Shown here one piece after another: positions 61,401 through 64,000 of a stretch of DNA of 64,000 bases. The stretch is from an uncultured bacterium (lineage in GTDB: Bacteria > Chloroflexota > UBA5177 > JANWHV01). The position numbers and the translations under genes were made by a program. Location of the stretch: NCBI GenBank assembly GCA_963827235.1, contig CAWHAE010000020.1:1-64000 (forward strand), in the 5' to 3' direction. The notes beneath the pieces were generated by a model. That model saw nothing but the letters and a program-made list of their open reading frames with translations, made no database searches and was not told the DNA's origin. Position 1 is the stretch's first letter. Each line of letters opens with the position of its first letter.

Positions 61401-61728
61401 CGCGCCACGAATGGGCCGGAATGAGTCGTCCTCCCGAGTGAACCGCGAACGAGCCCAATGTGCGCACGCGAAGCGCGGTCGACGTCGCCGTCTGCCCGGC
61501 GATGGGCGCTGTCAAGGTGCCGGTGCCGGCCGGGAGCCCACCTTCAAGCATCCCGGCCGGCGCGTCTACTCCGAGGTAGCGCCGCCGGACCCGGCCATCT
61601 TCGCGCCAGACGGCAAACCAATAGGGGCCGTGGCCGGGGCCTTCACCGCATCGGGCGCAGTTGGGCTTTCCGCAACGGCGGAACTGACGGCTATAGGTTA
61701 CGTGGGCGGACTGTGGAATGGTACGCAT
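58447..61728 (-). CDS. AfsR/SARP-like STAND regulator: DUF6788-like Cys/His N-domain + wHTH/BTAD + NB-ARC-like ATPase + TPR
   Basis: RRCGKPNCARC..GPGHGPYW; LGSF..LWPE..LY.GEYL.DD.YEEW; TSFVGR, GAGGCGKTRLA, LVDNCEH, LDGIPLAIELAA, TLRATIDWSY; TPRs. Confidence 0.92.
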   Translation of the reverse strand: MRTIPQSAHVTYSRQFRRCGKPNCARCGEGPGHGPYWFAVWREDGRVRRRYLGVDAPAGMLEGGLPAGTGTLTAPIAGQTATSTALRVRTLGSFAVHSGGRLIPAHSWRARRAGGLFKVLLGASGFTLPREQAEELLWPEADGDAARHNLHNALYTLRRLLGSASRSVVSLDGDVLRLLPPADPHWLDALDFEHAAHRALAAHDPQQCRDALALYLGEYLPDDPYEEWALTRRGMLGDLRLALLLHLSALSGAVGGLTEAEHCLRQALLQDPSHEDATAQLMTLLIASGRRADALRAYNDLATALDHDLGVAPSADLAALRAQVLTQQVAPTAAGQQPPATAPARRTNLILPLTSFVGRTRDREDVLQLLSRARLVTLTGAGGCGKTRLAVQVADSLVDAYPDGVWLIPLDATPAGGDSSVRVARAIATALGVQEERGRAMSATLAAFLAPRSLLLLVDNCEHLSTACASLAAALLSAASRLRILATSRERLGVPGEVLHHVASLAVPSPAAPVNALTSYDAVALFVDRARSVSTLDMSSPAVTPVVAQICRRLDGIPLAIELAAARVSTLPLQTLAARLDDCLGVLAGGPRVTLPRQRTLRATIDWSYALLSDRERAVLRRLAAFSGGWTIDASQKVCELGGSSVHEERPAAPYRDDFVEAVSSLVGKSLVQMHGYGGETRYALLEPVRQYAAEALQAAAEVRQVRDRHLAWCVELAESAQPALWGGPERDAWMNRLESEHDNCRSALRWSVDRRNLESGLRLACALRRFWDVRGYGREGLEWLDALLEHAVSAEVAPAIRAGALVDSAVLAYGLNNYSHAARRAKRGLALCKTLGGLEGMADALNVLGMIASDKEDLDSASERYSEALVLYRQLGNQRRIAAMLCNLGNVAYFRAEYRRAVEMYCDAREVFLASGEVVSLAMTLSNMGAALRELGDMDRATQTLELSAEYARQAGAASELAHALNNLGDVAFRSGQYARSLDLMGRSAELFFQSGDTRNVLVSLVVSAEALSALGQMERVARLCGVVTEQCHALEIPAVGSEWTGLARAAEASLAALGDGGYARARREGSRLALEQAIALGSAHAAPRAEP

Positions 61729-61984
61729 ACGCGCTACTTACGCTGCTGTCAAGACCTCGAGAGCGTGTGTCGCTAGCCTGCTTGGACGCGCGCCGCGGCG
61801 CGCCGCGTGTCTCTTGCCACCGTGCCGGCCCCGGCATGTCCACGCGTTGCCAAAGACGCCAAGTCGGTTCCACAAGATAAACACGTTCTACCAGAGTGTA
61901 TACATCAAACCTGGTCGTTATTGAGGTGCGAGACGCTGTGTTTACGCTGGGAACGTTAGGCACGAGCAGAGAGGAGGGGCGGAT

Positions 61985-62215
61985 ATCACTCGTTATTGCT
62001 CGTTCCTTCTGCGAGTCTGGAGCGGTCCCGGGCCCAATTGCCGGCAATGGGCAGCCAGGCTGCAATGTCTCAATGGTGACCTGGAGCAGCACAGATTCGA
62101 CGACGTAGAACAGTTGCTGGACTACCTGCGCAAGGAGGTAGGGGAGCGAGTAACGGAGAGCGATTACGGCAGGCTCACTGCTCCATCGCCAGGTGATGAT
62201 CCCGGGTCCCGGTAG
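61985..62215 (+). CDS. Small hypothetical protein (76 aa, 'SFLLRVW...W.A.L...F' type) with non-canonical ATC start
   Basis: Absent from the ORF track. GAGGAGG at 61971-61977, 7 nt before ATC. Reads (M)TRYCSFLLRVWSGPGPNCRQWAARLQCLNGDLEQHRFDDVEQLLDYLRKEVG...TAG. Confidence 0.6.
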   Translation: MTRYCSFLLRVWSGPGPNCRQWAARLQCLNGDLEQHRFDDVEQLLDYLRKEVGERVTESDYGRLTAPSPGDDPGSR

Positions 62216-62367
62216 GCTGCTAGGTGCTCGTGCCCTGTGAAAGGGAAAGCGCTGGAAGGAGGAGCCGGTCTGCAGGATGTGCACGACGGAGGCGAGCGCC
62301 GTGAGGCGCTAGTACACGCCGGAGAATCCCCGGCTGGAATCTGCGAATGACGAAGGGGCGCTGAGGA

Positions 62368-63240
62368 ATGAGTTCAATACATCTGGTCGATAGTATCGCG
62401 GCGGTCGTCCTCGCGGCCGCCCTGCTTGGTCCGCACGCGTCCGGCGCTCGCGCGGATGCCGCGCCACCCGTGGAGTCGCTTGGCCCAAACATTGTGGCAA
62501 ACGGCGGATTCGAGCAGGGCGCCGATCCCGGCGAGCACATCTACTTGCCGGCGGGTGCGTCGCCCTTGCTGCCCGGCTGGACGCTGTTGGCCGGGGCGGT
62601 CCTGTATGGCACGTCCTGGCAGGCCGAGGAAGGCAACCGAAGTCTCGCCCTCCACACCGACGGCGGGCTTGGGCAGGCGCTCAAGACCAAAGTGGGCCAG
62701 AAGTACCGGGTCGTGTTCTACCAGGCCGGCAATCCAAACGACCACGCGCCGTCGACTATCCGAGCGCAGATCGGCGCCTACCAGCACGACTATACCTACC
62801 AGTCCGGCCAGAGCGCGACTACCAAGCAGATGGACTGGCTGAAGCGCACCTTCACCTACACGGCAATCGCCGCTACGACACCGCTCAGCTTCACCGTGCA
62901 GTACGACTCCGGTAACGATCCCTTCGGCCTTGACAATATCCAAGTACGGGCCATCCTTTCCGGTTCCGCGAGCGGCACGCCGGCGACTTCGCTCAGGCTG
63001 GGCTCAGCAACCGCAAGCGCGGGCGGGACCGAGGCGATCGCGGTGACGGCCGCGCCGAATGCCGCGCTGGTGGTCGTGATCGACTACCCGGGCGGCGCGC
63101 AGGCCGTGACGCAGGCGAAGGCCGACACCACCGGTCACTACACGCTGTCCCTGACGCTGCCGCCCGCCGTCACCGGCACGGTGCACGTCACGGTCGACAG
63201 TGGAGGCAGTGTGGCGCAAACGACTTTCACCGTCAGCTGA
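62368..63240 (+). CDS. Secreted protein with DUF642/choice-of-anchor-C-like domain plus conserved C-terminal domain
   Basis: Signal peptide; NIVANGGFE, LPGW, WQAEEG.RSL.L, T.VGQKY.V.F..AGNP, M.W...TF.YTA....T.LSF, LDNIQV. Confidence 0.8.
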   Translation: MSSIHLVDSIAAVVLAAALLGPHASGARADAAPPVESLGPNIVANGGFEQGADPGEHIYLPAGASPLLPGWTLLAGAVLYGTSWQAEEGNRSLALHTDGGLGQALKTKVGQKYRVVFYQAGNPNDHAPSTIRAQIGAYQHDYTYQSGQSATTKQMDWLKRTFTYTAIAATTPLSFTVQYDSGNDPFGLDNIQVRAILSGSASGTPATSLRLGSATASAGGTEAIAVTAAPNAALVVVIDYPGGAQAVTQAKADTTGHYTLSLTLPPAVTGTVHVTVDSGGSVAQTTFTVS

Positions 63241-63290
63241 GATGCTGCGGCACGGCAAAGCGCCGCGGCGACTTTCGGCTGGATGAGTGC

Positions 63291-63336
63291 GCCCGGCCAC
63301 CCCGTCCCGGCGTTCGCCGGGACGGGGTGGCCGGGC
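63291..63336. terminator. Perfect 22-bp GC-rich inverted repeat between convergent genes
   Basis: GCCCGGCCACCCCGTCCCGGCG-TT-CGCCGGGACGGGGTGGCCGGGC. Confidence 0.65.
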
Positions 63337-63353
63337 TCGAGTCTCTACCTCGC

Positions 63354-64000
63354 TCACCGGCGGCGCGTGCCTGCTTCCGCCTGTGCAAGCACCTCGGCGA
63401 TCCTGAACGCGAGCAGACTGGGTATCACCAGGTCTGCTTGCTTGAGTGCGGTCGCATCGCCCACACCTACTGCGTACATGCCCGCAGCCTTGATCGCCTG
63501 TATGCCCACCACGGCATCTTCCACGCCGATGCATTGATCGGGATCCACGCCCAGGCGGTGCGCCGCCTGCAGGAAGATCTCAGGATCGGGCTTTCCCTTG
63601 GCCACGGTGCGAGCGTCGACCACATAGTCAAAGCGATCGGCGATGCCCAGCCTGTCGAGCACGGTCGGGGCGTTCTTGCTTACGGATGCCAGGCCGATCT
63701 TGAGGCCGGACGCCCGCACGGTTTCCAGTGCTGGCAGCGCGCCCGGCAGCAGGTCGGCGGGAGTCATGGCCGCCACGAGTTGCCTGTAATAGTCGTTCTT
63801 CTCTTCTGCCAACCTGACTTTCTCGGTCGCAGGGAATGCTCGCGGAGACTGGCTGAGTATGAGCTCCAGGGAGCCCATCCGGTCCACGCCCTTCAGACGC
63901 TCATTGAATTGCTTGTCGAACGGAATGCCCAGACCATCGGCAAGCCGCTTCCATGAGAGATAGTGATAGCGGGCCGTGTCGGTAATCACGCCGTCGAGAT
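63354..64000 (-). CDS. pgmB: Beta-phosphoglucomutase (HAD), 5' end off window
   Basis: LDGVITDTA.YHY..W, NERLKGVDR..SL, ASVSKNA, KGKPDPEIF, GVEDA..G. Confidence 0.93.
   Translation of the reverse strand, partial: LDGVITDTARYHYLSWKRLADGLGIPFDKQFNERLKGVDRMGSLELILSQSPRAFPATEKVRLAEEKNDYYRQLVAAMTPADLLPGALPALETVRASGLKIGLASVSKNAPTVLDRLGIADRFDYVVDARTVAKGKPDPEIFLQAAHRLGVDPDQCIGVEDAVVGIQAIKAAGMYAVGVGDATALKQADLVIPSLLAFRIAEVLAQAEAGTRRR

Noticed and set aside
61810-61875. Phased CCA(C/A) repeats as SARP binding sites
   Set aside because: Spacing is irregular (23, 10, 9, 11) and the motif is too short.

Overview
High-GC bacterial genomic window, probably Chloroflexota. This is an inference from a degenerate 'GAPVSQPF..DGTGR..VQY..RLEYHP' repeat remnant, a small 'SFLLRVW' protein, a DUF6788-like/BTAD/ATPase regulator and TPT-rich secreted proteins. 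No rRNA, tRNA, CRISPR array or transposase was seen. Contents, left to right: (i) ROK repressor, a frameshifted secreted beta-helix-like protein, a TIM-barrel isomerase and a methyltransferase; (ii) a LacI-controlled sugar ABC + GH42 beta-galactosidase operon; (iii) a ~23 kb amide/peptide catabolic region (asparaginase II, creatininase-like, SDR, M20, PanE-like, GatC-like + amidase, two tandem peptide-binding proteins, PlmA-like GntR, DppBCDF, M14 deacylase, two PepF, racemase); (iv) a GHL6/GH151-like hydrolase, a TetR/MFS pair, repeat-rich secreted proteins and gene remnants; (v) fabG-fabD-fabF, PadR, PG amidase, GH13, a large STAND/SARP regulator, a choice-of-anchor-C-like secreted protein and beta-PGM. 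Most notable: two unrelated secreted proteins share a C-terminal domain (candidate sorting/anchoring signal); an unannotated 76-aa ORF with an ATC start sits in a regulator/small-protein/secreted-protein module; two Pro/Gly-rich secreted genes 41 kb apart have the same 4x11-bp promoter architecture; and orphan SD elements lie ~110 nt upstream of all three solute-binding-protein genes. All family calls come from motif recognition by eye, not database searches.
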